Source: Patescibacteria group bacterium | GTDB lineage: Bacteria > Patescibacteriota > WWE3 > UBA101185 > UBA10185 | Length of the DNA stretch: 64,000 bases | Assembly: GCA_032117075.1 (NCBI GenBank) | Contig: JAUMAA010000002.1 | Span: forward strand, 24,005-88,004 | Direction of reading: 5' to 3' | In this document: piece after piece, positions 48,862 to 58,545 of the stretch | How positions within the stretch are numbered: position 1 is the first letter of the stretch | Layout: each line of letters opens with the position of its first letter | Notes under the pieces: model-generated | What the model was told of the DNA's origin: nothing | Database searches by the model: none | The model's input: only the letters and a program-made list of their open reading frames with translations | Made by a program: the position numbers and the translations under genes

Positions 48862-50160
48862 TTACTTTAAAGAACAATCAGTCTTAATAACACCGATACC
48901 TTCAACTAAGTCTTTACTCTCAGTTGCTTTGATATAGGTTTTAAGAGTATCAACACACCTATTGTTACCAGCTCTATCTGAAAAAACTATCGATTGACCA
49001 TTTAAGTGTGTGGCATTTGCATTGTTAGCATAATTACTTAAGGTCTTCAAATTACTATCAATGTCTATATAGTTAGCTAATGATTTTCTTGCAGGTAGAG
49101 AAGGTAACTTTCTTACAGAGGCTTGTTTTGAATATATATCCTTAGCAGATTCCTCGGAAGATAGATATCTTAAAAATTTCCACGATTCATTTGGGTTTTT
49201 AGCTTTGGTAGGTACAACTTCTACAAAATAGGTTGGCCAAATTTTAGGATTGTCGATACTTGCAGAAGGTAAAGGAGCAACACCTAATTCAATCCCTGGG
49301 TTAGCTACTAGTAAATCATTTACTCTCCAGGATGGAACAATTATCATCGAAGTTTTTCTTGCTACAAAAGCATTACCTGCATTACCAAAGGAAGGACTCC
49401 AATCAGTTTGTCTATTTAACACTCTAAGAACACTATTTAAACTAGAGGATTCCTTTTCTAGATCATTTGGAAAGTTTAAATTCGAGTTAGCTAGTAATAC
49501 ACCAAAGATGTCAGTGTAAAACTCTAACTCGGAATTTCCGTAGGCAGCTCCGGATCTAACAACCTTACCTGAGGAATCTTTTTTAGTTAAGAAGTTAGAA
49601 ATTCTAAAAAATTGTTCCCAATTTACAGGAGGATTCTTTATACCTTCTTCCTCAAAATGAGCTTTATTGTAAACAAGAACTAAAGAATCGTAGTACAAAG
49701 GAATTCCGTAAACTAAATAGTTATCCTCGCCAACAATTTTTTCAGCAACTGCAGCATTCACACCAGGATAGTAGGTATCATTGAATTCAGAAGATGAGAT
49801 AACAGTAGGAGCCAGAAACTCTTTAAATTCAGGAATCCAAGAAACATGTATCCTCATTAAATCAGGAACATTTTGACTGTTTCTTAACCTACTTAGTAAA
49901 TCTTCTTTATAAGAAACCAAGCTTGAGGAGGAGTTATCGGTAAATTCAATTTTTACATTTGGAAGCGATTCCTCATATTTTGAAATCACATCACTGTAAG
50001 TTCCTTTTGGTTCCCATAAGCTATCATATTTTAGAGTTACATTCTCAGGTGCTCTATTTAAAAAAGGAATGGTACATCCTGTTAATACGAAAAAGGACAT
50101 GAAAATTGCAGAGAAAGACAGGTATTTATATATATTATTTTTATTATTTGTCATAGGCAT
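48862..50160 (-). CDS. Extracellular solute-binding lipoprotein (sugar ABC SBP-like)
   Basis: Lipobox VLTGC; YGIP..D.L.L.YN, W.FL.YL. Confidence 0.8.
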   Translation of the reverse strand: MPMTNNKNNIYKYLSFSAIFMSFFVLTGCTIPFLNRAPENVTLKYDSLWEPKGTYSDVISKYEESLPNVKIEFTDNSSSSLVSYKEDLLSRLRNSQNVPDLMRIHVSWIPEFKEFLAPTVISSSEFNDTYYPGVNAAVAEKIVGEDNYLVYGIPLYYDSLVLVYNKAHFEEEGIKNPPVNWEQFFRISNFLTKKDSSGKVVRSGAAYGNSELEFYTDIFGVLLANSNLNFPNDLEKESSSLNSVLRVLNRQTDWSPSFGNAGNAFVARKTSMIIVPSWRVNDLLVANPGIELGVAPLPSASIDNPKIWPTYFVEVVPTKAKNPNESWKFLRYLSSEESAKDIYSKQASVRKLPSLPARKSLANYIDIDSNLKTLSNYANNANATHLNGQSIVFSDRAGNNRCVDTLKTYIKATESKDLVEGIGVIKTDCSLK

Positions 50161-51404
50161 TAATTTATTTTAATACTAAATACTCTATTTAGGGAATAGG
50201 GTATTACAAAAAATAATAACATCTTTAACTGATGATTAGTAAAAAGAAAATGATCAAACACAGATATTGAAATGAGAACTAAAAAAAATATCTTAAAGGA
50301 GTAGTCAGCATTTTTAATTAAAGAGAAACATAAAATTAAAAATGCTATTAAAAAAATTAACCCGTAATTCCATACTACTAAGTAAAAGATATTATGAGGA
50401 GGCTGAAAAAATCTAATAATTTCATAAAAATAAAGATCCTCTGATACTAAATTAAAATAATTATAGTAACCAAATCCAAATAAAGTTTCAGGTAAATTTT
50501 CTGAAAATTTTAAATTAGAAAGATTTACCATATACAACCTCCTATATACTGATAAATCCTCTTCATAGGCTTTATAACCGCCTGAAAGGTAAAGTAATAA
50601 GACATATATAGAAAATATATAAATAAGCAAAATCTTATAATTTAACTTCAAATAAAAAAATACAAAAAACAAGATTAAACCAATTAAGATATTCATACTT
50701 CCAGATAAAAGGACTCCAAATATAGTAATCAGGGTAAAGTAGATATTATTTTTTCTCATAATATGAAGGAACATGCCGCAAATCAGAAAAAAAGCACCAT
50801 AAATATTCGAGTGACTAAAGATACCGTAAGCTGGGATTAGGTTCTTAAGTAACATTCCGTCTTGTTTAATATGATAGTTATCACTACTGTAATTAAACTC
50901 ACCAAAATAGTAGTAACTTCCTAAAACAGATTGTTGAAAATAAAACTGAAAAGAACCAAGTATTAAAAGTATAGTCATCCAAAATTTTATCGAATTAGTT
51001 AAAAGAAATGAGGTATTCAGTTTTTGAAAATAAGAGATAGTGAAAGCATTTATAAAAATTAAAATGAGTATAAGATTTTCATAAATACCTAAAATTGGAT
51101 ATCTTGATCTATAGATATTTAAAGCCATAAAAAAAACTAAGAGAAATAGTAGGATTGAAAATCTTTTAATAATTAAAATATTTTCTTTAAAAAATTTACT
51201 AACCCATCTAATATTAAAAATTGTTAAAAATACAATAAGTAACTCAGGTATCGATATTTTTAGCATTAAGTAATCAATTATTACACCATCAATACTTGGG
51301 AAGGGCCTTATATGTAGTTGTTGATTTACTGGAAACAAAATAACTAAAAGTATTAAAATGAAGTATCTAATTTTTTCTTGGAAATTTTCTAGAACATTAT
51401 TCAC
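50160..51404 (-). CDS. O-antigen ligase (Wzy_C) family membrane protein
   Basis: YG.F.H.N, R, G.G..N, QPPHN, DH. Confidence 0.8.
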   Translation of the reverse strand: MNNVLENFQEKIRYFILILLVILFPVNQQLHIRPFPSIDGVIIDYLMLKISIPELLIVFLTIFNIRWVSKFFKENILIIKRFSILLFLLVFFMALNIYRSRYPILGIYENLILILIFINAFTISYFQKLNTSFLLTNSIKFWMTILLILGSFQFYFQQSVLGSYYYFGEFNYSSDNYHIKQDGMLLKNLIPAYGIFSHSNIYGAFFLICGMFLHIMRKNNIYFTLITIFGVLLSGSMNILIGLILFFVFFYLKLNYKILLIYIFSIYVLLLYLSGGYKAYEEDLSVYRRLYMVNLSNLKFSENLPETLFGFGYYNYFNLVSEDLYFYEIIRFFQPPHNIFYLVVWNYGLIFLIAFLILCFSLIKNADYSFKIFFLVLISISVFDHFLFTNHQLKMLLFFVIPYSLNRVFSIKIN

Positions 51405-51799
51405 ATTTTTATCATAATAAATTTTTTTATAAATAATAGAAGTTATAGTATTAGGTTGGTGTTTAAGTGGGTAATTTTCAGAGAAGTTGTTATCTCAATG
51501 TCTAGTAAGTATTCGGCTGTGGAATCCACTTGCCTCTTATAAAATTAATAATATTATCATTTCTCCCTCGTAAAAATAATTAAAAGATCCCCTAAAAACT
51601 TTCTTTCTTCGTGGATAGCTTTGTGGATAACTTTCCTTACTTATCCACTAAACTTATAATAATAAACTATGTTATCCACATTAAAATACAAAAAGCGACA
51701 TCTAAAAAACTATGAGTTATACATATGGATATGTTGAAAACATAGAGAATAATACCCATTCATTTTTGATTTTAGAGTTAGTAACGGTAATTAAAAAAT
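51405..51799. other. Probable replication origin oriC
   Basis: Longest non-coding gap in the window, downstream of dnaA; DnaA boxes TGTGGATAA 51622-51630, TTATCCACA 51672-51680, near-matches at 51610 and 51641; AT-rich flanks. Confidence 0.85.
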
Positions 51800-53203
51800 T
51801 TATTTAGAAAAAATTTGTGTTTTGATTTCTGATATTTGATCTTGAAGATCTGCATCTGTTTTTAGGGTTTCCTCTATTTTTGAGATCCCATGCATAACAG
51901 TTGTATGATCTTTTTTATTTAGGAGTGCTGCAATTTCATTCAAATTTAACTTGGTATGTTTTTTTAAAAGGAACATACAGATTTGACGAGGTTCTGAGAT
52001 ATTCTTTTTTCTTGATTCTGATTTAATATCTTCTTTTTTTATTTTATAAAATGAACAAACTCTATCTATAATTGTTCTAGGTGAGATGTCTTCTTCGTTT
52101 CTAACAGGGGCTATATCTTTTAGAGCTTTAATAATTACATCTCTTGTTGGGTTCTCGTTAGTAATAAGTAGGTGATTCTTAATTTTGTTGTATGCCCCTT
52201 CTAGTTCTCTGAAGTTTGTTGTTACATTTTGTGCTACAAAATCTATAGCCTCATTTGGTAGATTGAACCCATCTCTTAAAGCTTTAGATTTTATTAGTCT
52301 GTATCTTAATTCATACTCTGGTTTTTCTATATCTATTACCATTCCCATACTTAATCTAGATCTAATTCTTTCAGGGAGCTGGGAGAATTCAGAAGGTTTG
52401 ACATCCGAAGTTAGAATTATTTGTTTGTTTTCTTTTTGTAAATCGTTAAAAATATTAAAAAATTCACCCTCAATACCCTCCTTCCCAGATATTCCTTGGA
52501 TATCGTCAATAATTAAAACATCAAGTGTTCTGTACTTCGTTCTAAAATCACCTCTATCCAATAAAGGCCTCCTATTTCCATGAGAGAAGATATCCATAAA
52601 ATCGTTTAAGAAATTTTCAAAAGTTACATAAAGAACCTTATAATTTGGGAATTTCTTAAGAATCTCTATTCCTATTGAGTTAACTAAATGAGTTTTTCCA
52701 TGCCCAGAACTTCCATATAGAAAGAATGGGTTAAAACTAATTCCTGGGTTATCTATAATTCTTTGAGCTGCTGCTAAGGCAATTTTATTAGAAACTCCCT
52801 GTAAGTATGACTCCAGAGTTAATTCCTTTCTTAGGTTTGCTTTCTTGATTAAAACCTCTATATTCGAGATTGCTGCTTCTTCCGTTACCCTAGGGTTAAA
52901 GATGGGCAATTCAGTTATAGCAGATTGGTTTTCAGAGAATTTAGATAGTTCAAAGTGAATCTTGTATCTTTTTGTATAAACCTCGAAGGCAAGATCCTCC
53001 AGAACCTCTTTGTATTGATTTAATTTCTGGATAAAAACCTTATTTTTAATGTAAACAATAAGGGTCTTTTCCTCTTCAAGAATCTCGGCCTTGGAGCTTA
53101 CTAACTCCATAATTAAAAAGCTGCTGATATCAATGTTATCAGCATACTTAGTTTTAAAATTTTGGGTTACAAAACCCCATTCTGTACTTAAATTACTATT
53201 CAT
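51800..53203 (-). CDS. dnaA: Chromosomal replication initiator DnaA
   Basis: NPFFLYG..G.GKTHL, LIIDDIQ, R.RSR, RELEG, KDHTTV. Confidence 0.98.
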   Translation of the reverse strand: MNSNLSTEWGFVTQNFKTKYADNIDISSFLIMELVSSKAEILEEEKTLIVYIKNKVFIQKLNQYKEVLEDLAFEVYTKRYKIHFELSKFSENQSAITELPIFNPRVTEEAAISNIEVLIKKANLRKELTLESYLQGVSNKIALAAAQRIIDNPGISFNPFFLYGSSGHGKTHLVNSIGIEILKKFPNYKVLYVTFENFLNDFMDIFSHGNRRPLLDRGDFRTKYRTLDVLIIDDIQGISGKEGIEGEFFNIFNDLQKENKQIILTSDVKPSEFSQLPERIRSRLSMGMVIDIEKPEYELRYRLIKSKALRDGFNLPNEAIDFVAQNVTTNFRELEGAYNKIKNHLLITNENPTRDVIIKALKDIAPVRNEEDISPRTIIDRVCSFYKIKKEDIKSESRKKNISEPRQICMFLLKKHTKLNLNEIAALLNKKDHTTVMHGISKIEETLKTDADLQDQISEIKTQIFSK

Positions 53204-53296
53204 TTTTGGCAGGGGGCAGAAATTTACTCTCTTATAAATAGAATATACTTCACATTAAATCAAGCAATAGGTATTGATATATTCAGTTCAATGTAA

Positions 53297-53325
53297 TTGA
53301 CTTTTAAGGGTCTTTAAGGTATATT
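53297..53325 (+). promoter_or_regulatory. sigma70 promoter of rpmH operon
   Basis: TTGACT-17-TATATT, 9 nt before rpmH ATG. Confidence 0.65.
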
Positions 53326-53334
53326 TCAAGCAAT

Positions 53335-53487
53335 ATGGTTAAAAGAGTTTGGCAACCAAAAAAAAGAAAAAGAGTTAAAAAACACGGATTCCTCAATAGA
53401 ATGTTTTCTAAAGGTGGGAGAAAAGTTTTGAAAAGAAGACTAGCTAAAGGAAGAAAAGTTTTAGTTAGAGCTTTATTTAAAAAATAA
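53335..53487 (+). CDS. rpmH: 50S ribosomal protein L34
   Basis: Not in ORF track; [50 protein letters not shown]. Confidence 0.95.
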   Translation: MVKRVWQPKKRKRVKKHGFLNRMFSKGGRKVLKRRLAKGRKVLVRALFKK

Positions 53488-53524
53488 CCATAACTCTGTC
53501 TTCACTTTTAGGTAAAAATAAATA

Positions 53525-53851
53525 ATGATTTCTAGAGATAAATCAATTAAAAACCCCTCTGATTTTTATAAACTAAAGAAAGAAGGTGACTTGGTTAAAT
53601 CTTCTCATTTTCAAATAAGATATTTTAAAAATAGTAGTGGTCTGAAAGTAGCTTTTGTAGTCTCAAAAGTTATCACCCCGAATTCCCCTAAAAGAAACAA
53701 ACTAAAAAGAATATATAAAGCACTATTAAAAGATTCTAATTTTGACCAAAATATTACTATGGTTATTTATCCAAGACTTTCCTCACTTAGTATTAAATAC
53801 TCTGAACTTAAAATAGAGTTTGAATCTGTTTTAAAAAAAATAAACATATAG
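53525..53851 (+). CDS. rnpA: Ribonuclease P protein component
   Basis: AFVVSK, KRNKLKR; position after rpmH. Confidence 0.85.
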   Translation: MISRDKSIKNPSDFYKLKKEGDLVKSSHFQIRYFKNSSGLKVAFVVSKVITPNSPKRNKLKRIYKALLKDSNFDQNITMVIYPRLSSLSIKYSELKIEFESVLKKINI

Positions 53852-53860
53852 AATCCTTTT

Positions 53861-54088
53861 ATGAATACAATATTCATTTTTTTAATTAATACTTATAGAA
53901 GTTTATTTTCCATTCCTATGGGAAAATCTGGTGTCAAGTTTTGTCTCTTTGAACCCTCTTGTTCTCAATACGGTTTAGATTGCTTCCAAAAATTTAATTT
54001 TTTTAAAGCTTTATATTTGACATCCTATCGTATAATAAGGTGTAATCCTTTTAATAAGGGAGGTTATGATCCTGTACCTGAGAATTAG
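53861..54088 (+). CDS. yidD: Membrane protein insertion efficiency factor
   Basis: C.F.PSCS.Y, RI.RCNPF..GGYDPVP. Confidence 0.93.
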   Translation: MNTIFIFLINTYRSLFSIPMGKSGVKFCLFEPSCSQYGLDCFQKFNFFKALYLTSYRIIRCNPFNKGGYDPVPEN

Positions 54089-54106
54089 TTTTAAAGAAAG
54101 AAATAA

Positions 54107-54901
54107 ATGTTAAAAATTTTAATTGAAGATCCTATATTAAATATTCTTAGTTTGTTCTATACGTATTCTATGAGTTTAGGAATTTCAATAATTCTTCTTA
54201 CTGTGGTTATTAAAATGATTCTCTTTCCTTTCATGGTTCCAACTTTTAAGAATATGCAAAAGCAAAAAGCAATTAAACCTCAACTTGATGCTTTGAAAGA
54301 AAAATATGGCCAAGACAAGAAGAAACTTTCTGAAGAGCAGATGAAGTTATTTAAAGAGCACGGTATAAATCCAGCTTCCGGTTGCTTGACTCAGTTAGTT
54401 ACTATTTTTGTTCTTATCGGTCTTTACCAAGTTATTCAAAGATTTACAAATATTACTTCTTTAGATCAGCTAAATAATGATATTTATTTTTCATTTATGA
54501 AATTTGAAAATGTTTCCATTGCAGAAAGTTTTAAATTTTGGATTTTTGATTTAAAAACACCTGATTTTACTTATATTCTTCCTTTTATAGCAGGTATTGC
54601 TACTTTAGTTACCTCAGCTATGATGCTTCCAGAAGTTTCATTAGAAGAGAAAGTAGTTAGAAAAGTCTCAAAAGATCCAATGGAAGAGATGGCTTACTCC
54701 ATGCAAACTCAAATGACAATTATTGCTCCCGTAATGACTTTCTTTGTAGGTCTTCAAATTCCTGCTGGTTTAACTCTCTATATCGCGGTGTCTTCTTTGA
54801 TTTCTATTGTCCAGCAGTACTATTTACTGGGTAAATCTTTTGGAGGAGTTGTTCCCTACTCCAAGTTAATTAAAAAGAAAGTACTAGCACTAAGAAAATG
54901 A
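54107..54901 (+). CDS. yidC: Membrane protein insertase YidC
   Basis: IILLT...K.IL.P, KEHGINP.SGCL, PAGL.LY. Confidence 0.93.
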   Translation: MLKILIEDPILNILSLFYTYSMSLGISIILLTVVIKMILFPFMVPTFKNMQKQKAIKPQLDALKEKYGQDKKKLSEEQMKLFKEHGINPASGCLTQLVTIFVLIGLYQVIQRFTNITSLDQLNNDIYFSFMKFENVSIAESFKFWIFDLKTPDFTYILPFIAGIATLVTSAMMLPEVSLEEKVVRKVSKDPMEEMAYSMQTQMTIIAPVMTFFVGLQIPAGLTLYIAVSSLISIVQQYYLLGKSFGGVVPYSKLIKKKVLALRK

Positions 54902-56007
54902 ATTTTGAATGTTTACAAGAAAATTTAAGCAAATCATTAGCTGTAGTTGTGAGAGCAGTGCCTACTAAAGGTGCTTTACCTGTTCTTTCTAATGTACTAA
55001 TTAATGCTGCAAACGGTAAAGTGATTTTGACTGTAACTAATTTAGAAACTGTTATCACATCTACTTTCCCAGCTATTGTAGAAAAAGAGGGGTCGACCAC
55101 CGTTCCTGCAAAAATGTTCAACGAATATATTTCAAATATTAATCCTGGAAAATTAATTATTTCCTCAGACAGAAACATTTTAAATGTAGTTTCCCTTCCA
55201 AAAACAAAAACAAAATTCAATGGTATGTCTAGTATAGAATTTCCCGAGATACCTAATCCAAATAATTCTAAAAGTTATATTGAAATCAATCCTAAGATTC
55301 TAAATAGATTAGTATCTCACACTTCCTTTTCAAGTTCGACCGATGTTACAAGACCTGTATTAACAGGCACCTTAATAGAATATTCTGATAAGAATTTAAG
55401 TTTTGTCACTACAGATGGATTTAGGTTATCTGAAAATACTCATTCAATTGATGGGGATTTTTCAAATTTTAAAGTTGTAGTTCCTACTAAAACTCTCCAG
55501 GATGTTTCAAAAATATTTTCCAATAATGAAGAAAGTGTATCCCTAATTTTTAATCCTGATGATAACTTAGTCTTTTTTCAAGGTAATAATGTTTGTGTTG
55601 GGGTAAGGGTAATTGACGGAACCTTCCCTGACTATAAAAGAATAATTCCTTCAGCAAAGAGTCTTTCAGCCTCCTTCAAGGGCAATGATTTAAGAGAGGC
55701 AGTGAGGTTAACTAGCATCTTTTCTAAGGATTCCAGCTCATCTATCAAAATTGAATTAACTGATATCGGAACACTTCGAGTTTTCACTTCCTCTGAAGAA
55801 TCAGGGGAGCATGTATCTGAATTTGAAGCTCAAATTGATGGAAGCCCGCTTATACTTTCCTTTAATTCAAAATACTTAAATGATTTTTTAAATAATATAA
55901 AAACAGATGAAATATTCTTTGAATCAAACGGTGGTGTGACTCCTGTAGTTTTTAGATCAAATGAAATTGAAAACTTTTTGCATATTATTATGCCAATGAA
56001 GTTGTAG
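54898..56007 (+). CDS. dnaN: DNA polymerase III beta clamp
   Basis: LPVLSNVL, RPVLTG, TDGFRL, FPDY..IIP, IMPM. Confidence 0.96.
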   Translation: MNFECLQENLSKSLAVVVRAVPTKGALPVLSNVLINAANGKVILTVTNLETVITSTFPAIVEKEGSTTVPAKMFNEYISNINPGKLIISSDRNILNVVSLPKTKTKFNGMSSIEFPEIPNPNNSKSYIEINPKILNRLVSHTSFSSSTDVTRPVLTGTLIEYSDKNLSFVTTDGFRLSENTHSIDGDFSNFKVVVPTKTLQDVSKIFSNNEESVSLIFNPDDNLVFFQGNNVCVGVRVIDGTFPDYKRIIPSAKSLSASFKGNDLREAVRLTSIFSKDSSSSIKIELTDIGTLRVFTSSEESGEHVSEFEAQIDGSPLILSFNSKYLNDFLNNIKTDEIFFESNGGVTPVVFRSNEIENFLHIIMPMKL

Positions 56008-57856
56008 TTTGTAATTCTTGATTAAAACCATTTTGTATTTTATTTTTATCTTCTTCTTTTTGTCTTAAAATTTCTTCAGGATTTGTTGTAATTACTTTAT
56101 GCTCTTCCTCGGAAGCTTTTATTTCAATCCAGACATGGTTTCTGCCTGCAAAAAAGATTCCTTCCCCCTTGTTTGCTGCTAGAAGTTTACTCTTTTCTCC
56201 TTCTGAAAGTCCAAAAGTTTTTCCTACCAGGTCTATTGAAGCTTCTACTTGTTTCATCAAAACAACAATTGATGAGTTTGAGATTATAGCCCCTCCTTGA
56301 GGTGATACAAGGAAGTCATTTACATCTTGTGTTATACAAGTAATTCCCAAATAATATTTTCTAGCCCTTTTAACTAATCCGTACATAAACTTGGCTGAGT
56401 CTTCTCTTTGCATCATAAACCAAGCCTCTTCAACAATTAATATTCTTTTTTTCAAATCTTTTTTAATTTTTGTCCAGATAAAATCTAGAATTAAAAAGAA
56501 TGCTAATGGTTTTAGAACTTCTTCAAGATTTTGAACTGAGAAGACTGTCATTTTTGAATTAATTTGAATGTTAGATTGGGCATTAAAGATTCCTCCAAGA
56601 GAACCTTTCACATATCTTTCTAATTTGTCAGTTAGTAATCTAGCCTCAGGCTCATTTCCTGCTTGGAGAATCTTATAAAGATCTTCCATTAGTGGCGGTT
56701 CATTACCAATTTGTGTTTCAGGGTCTTTTGTAATACCCTTGATTCTGTAAGCTTCAGTTAGTGCTCTATCAAGAACAGCTTCCTCTCCTGGGGAAAGTTC
56801 TCCGACCATGATTTTAATCATAGAGTGGAGAATTGTAATTTTGGAATCAAGAACATCTTCACCTTCTTCAACACTTAGTGATAAATCAAAAGGATTTAAT
56901 TTATTTTGAGATCTAGCGGAGAAAGAGATGAAATTTCCACCTACCATATTGACCAAATCTTTGTATTCCGATTCAGGATCTATAACTAGAATTTCTACTC
57001 CCTGGACAAGGTATCTGAGTGCTTCTAGTTTAACCATATATGATTTTCCGCTACCTGAGGTTGCAAAAACAACAGAATTAGAATTTGGCATTGAAAATCT
57101 ATCAAAAATAACTAAAGAATTATTTATTTTATTAATTCCGTACATTATTCCGTTTTCTGATGAGAGCATTGATGAGGTAAAAGGAAATGTTGTAGCAAGA
57201 GAAGTGGTATCCATATTTCTTGTAATCATCAATTTATCTAGTCCCTGAGGTATTGTTGTAGAAAAAGCTTGATCCATTTGTAATGAAGCATATTTTGGAA
57301 TAAGTAATAAAGTTCCAAGTGTTTGCATAAGATCGGCTGAGATATAATTTAACTCTTCCAAATTTTTAGCAGGAATTGTTATGTAGAAGGAAAATTGAAA
57401 GAATTTTTCCATTCCTTTAACAATACTATCCTGGGCTGCCTGTGCATCTTCAAGTGCGGCTCTAACAGATGCATCCTCGATTCTTCCTTTTTCTATATCT
57501 ATAGTTCTCTGAGTTTCAAGCTCAGTAATTTTTCTTCTTAATCCATCTAGAATTTCTTTTGATTTTACAGGGTAATAAAACATGGAGATATCAAGAGAGT
57601 GTTCGTAATTAATGATAGGAGATAGCCAGTTAACCCCGACAAATCTTGGATACCCTGAGATAAAAATTGTTCTGTAATACCAATCATCGATTTTTACATA
57701 AGTGAAATCATTTTCTACTGCCCCAGGAGCTAAAATATCCTGGATATCAATCATTCCTTTTGCAAACTCTTTTGCAGCAGACTCATATTGCTCAGTCTTA
57801 TTTGATTTTGTTGTTTCTTGCTTATCGTTATTTTTTTTAAATATATCTAAAATCAT
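55988..57856 (-). CDS. virB4: VirB4-like ATPase (type IV secretion/conjugation)
   Basis: Walker A ATSGSGKS, IDPE.EY, NPFD, VEEAW, RARKY, ITQD. Confidence 0.9.
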   Translation of the reverse strand: MILDIFKKNNDKQETTKSNKTEQYESAAKEFAKGMIDIQDILAPGAVENDFTYVKIDDWYYRTIFISGYPRFVGVNWLSPIINYEHSLDISMFYYPVKSKEILDGLRRKITELETQRTIDIEKGRIEDASVRAALEDAQAAQDSIVKGMEKFFQFSFYITIPAKNLEELNYISADLMQTLGTLLLIPKYASLQMDQAFSTTIPQGLDKLMITRNMDTTSLATTFPFTSSMLSSENGIMYGINKINNSLVIFDRFSMPNSNSVVFATSGSGKSYMVKLEALRYLVQGVEILVIDPESEYKDLVNMVGGNFISFSARSQNKLNPFDLSLSVEEGEDVLDSKITILHSMIKIMVGELSPGEEAVLDRALTEAYRIKGITKDPETQIGNEPPLMEDLYKILQAGNEPEARLLTDKLERYVKGSLGGIFNAQSNIQINSKMTVFSVQNLEEVLKPLAFFLILDFIWTKIKKDLKKRILIVEEAWFMMQREDSAKFMYGLVKRARKYYLGITCITQDVNDFLVSPQGGAIISNSSIVVLMKQVEASIDLVGKTFGLSEGEKSKLLAANKGEGIFFAGRNHVWIEIKASEEEHKVITTNPEEILRQKEEDKNKIQNGFNQELQTTTSLA

Positions 57857-58545
57857 ATTATGTTTGGCTCTACTAAAGGAGACTTATAATCTGCGATTGA
57901 CTCACCAATTTTAATCTTACCAGAACTTTCTTTGTAACTATCAAAATATAACTTTACTAATTCCACAGTAGTCATTCTTTTAGCACTAATATGTATTTTT
58001 TCGAACAATCTAATTAATGTATCAATTTTAGGTATCAAGTCACCTCTAGTATCTGCAATTATTCTATCTACATCAATTTCCTTTGCTCTTTGATTTTGTT
58101 TACCTATCAATTTACTAAAAAATTCAAAAGGGTTTTTTCCTATTTGTTCATATTCAACGTAACCACTTGGGATAACTAAATAAAATTGTTTATCTAAAAC
58201 TTTATTTACTTTGATTGTTTTTTGAATAAATTTTCTATATGCCTCAGCTTGCTGTCTAAGTAGAGGGTCTGTTACTTTTTGTTCAATATCTAATAATTTA
58301 TTTACATACTTTTCAATATTCATAGCTCTTGATTTGATAACAACTTGGACAGTAAAATTCAGTGAGTTTATAATCTCTGCATAGGTAGAGATAATTGCAT
58401 CCTGCTCCCTTGATGAAAGTAAATCAAAATTAATTGAGTTAAGTTGGAGTACAGCCGCAACTTTTCCATTTTTTAAAATTACTAAATCATTTTTAATATC
58501 GTAAATATCTATAAAATCTTGTGTTGAGTCGTAAGTATTATCCAT
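57853..58545 (-). CDS. VirB4-associated protein (TraC-N-like)
   Basis: STQDF.DI..I, INF.LLS..EQ, NSL.F..Q; between prgI and virB4. Confidence 0.7.
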   Translation of the reverse strand: MDNTYDSTQDFIDIYDIKNDLVILKNGKVAAVLQLNSINFDLLSSREQDAIISTYAEIINSLNFTVQVVIKSRAMNIEKYVNKLLDIEQKVTDPLLRQQAEAYRKFIQKTIKVNKVLDKQFYLVIPSGYVEYEQIGKNPFEFFSKLIGKQNQRAKEIDVDRIIADTRGDLIPKIDTLIRLFEKIHISAKRMTTVELVKLYFDSYKESSGKIKIGESIADYKSPLVEPNII

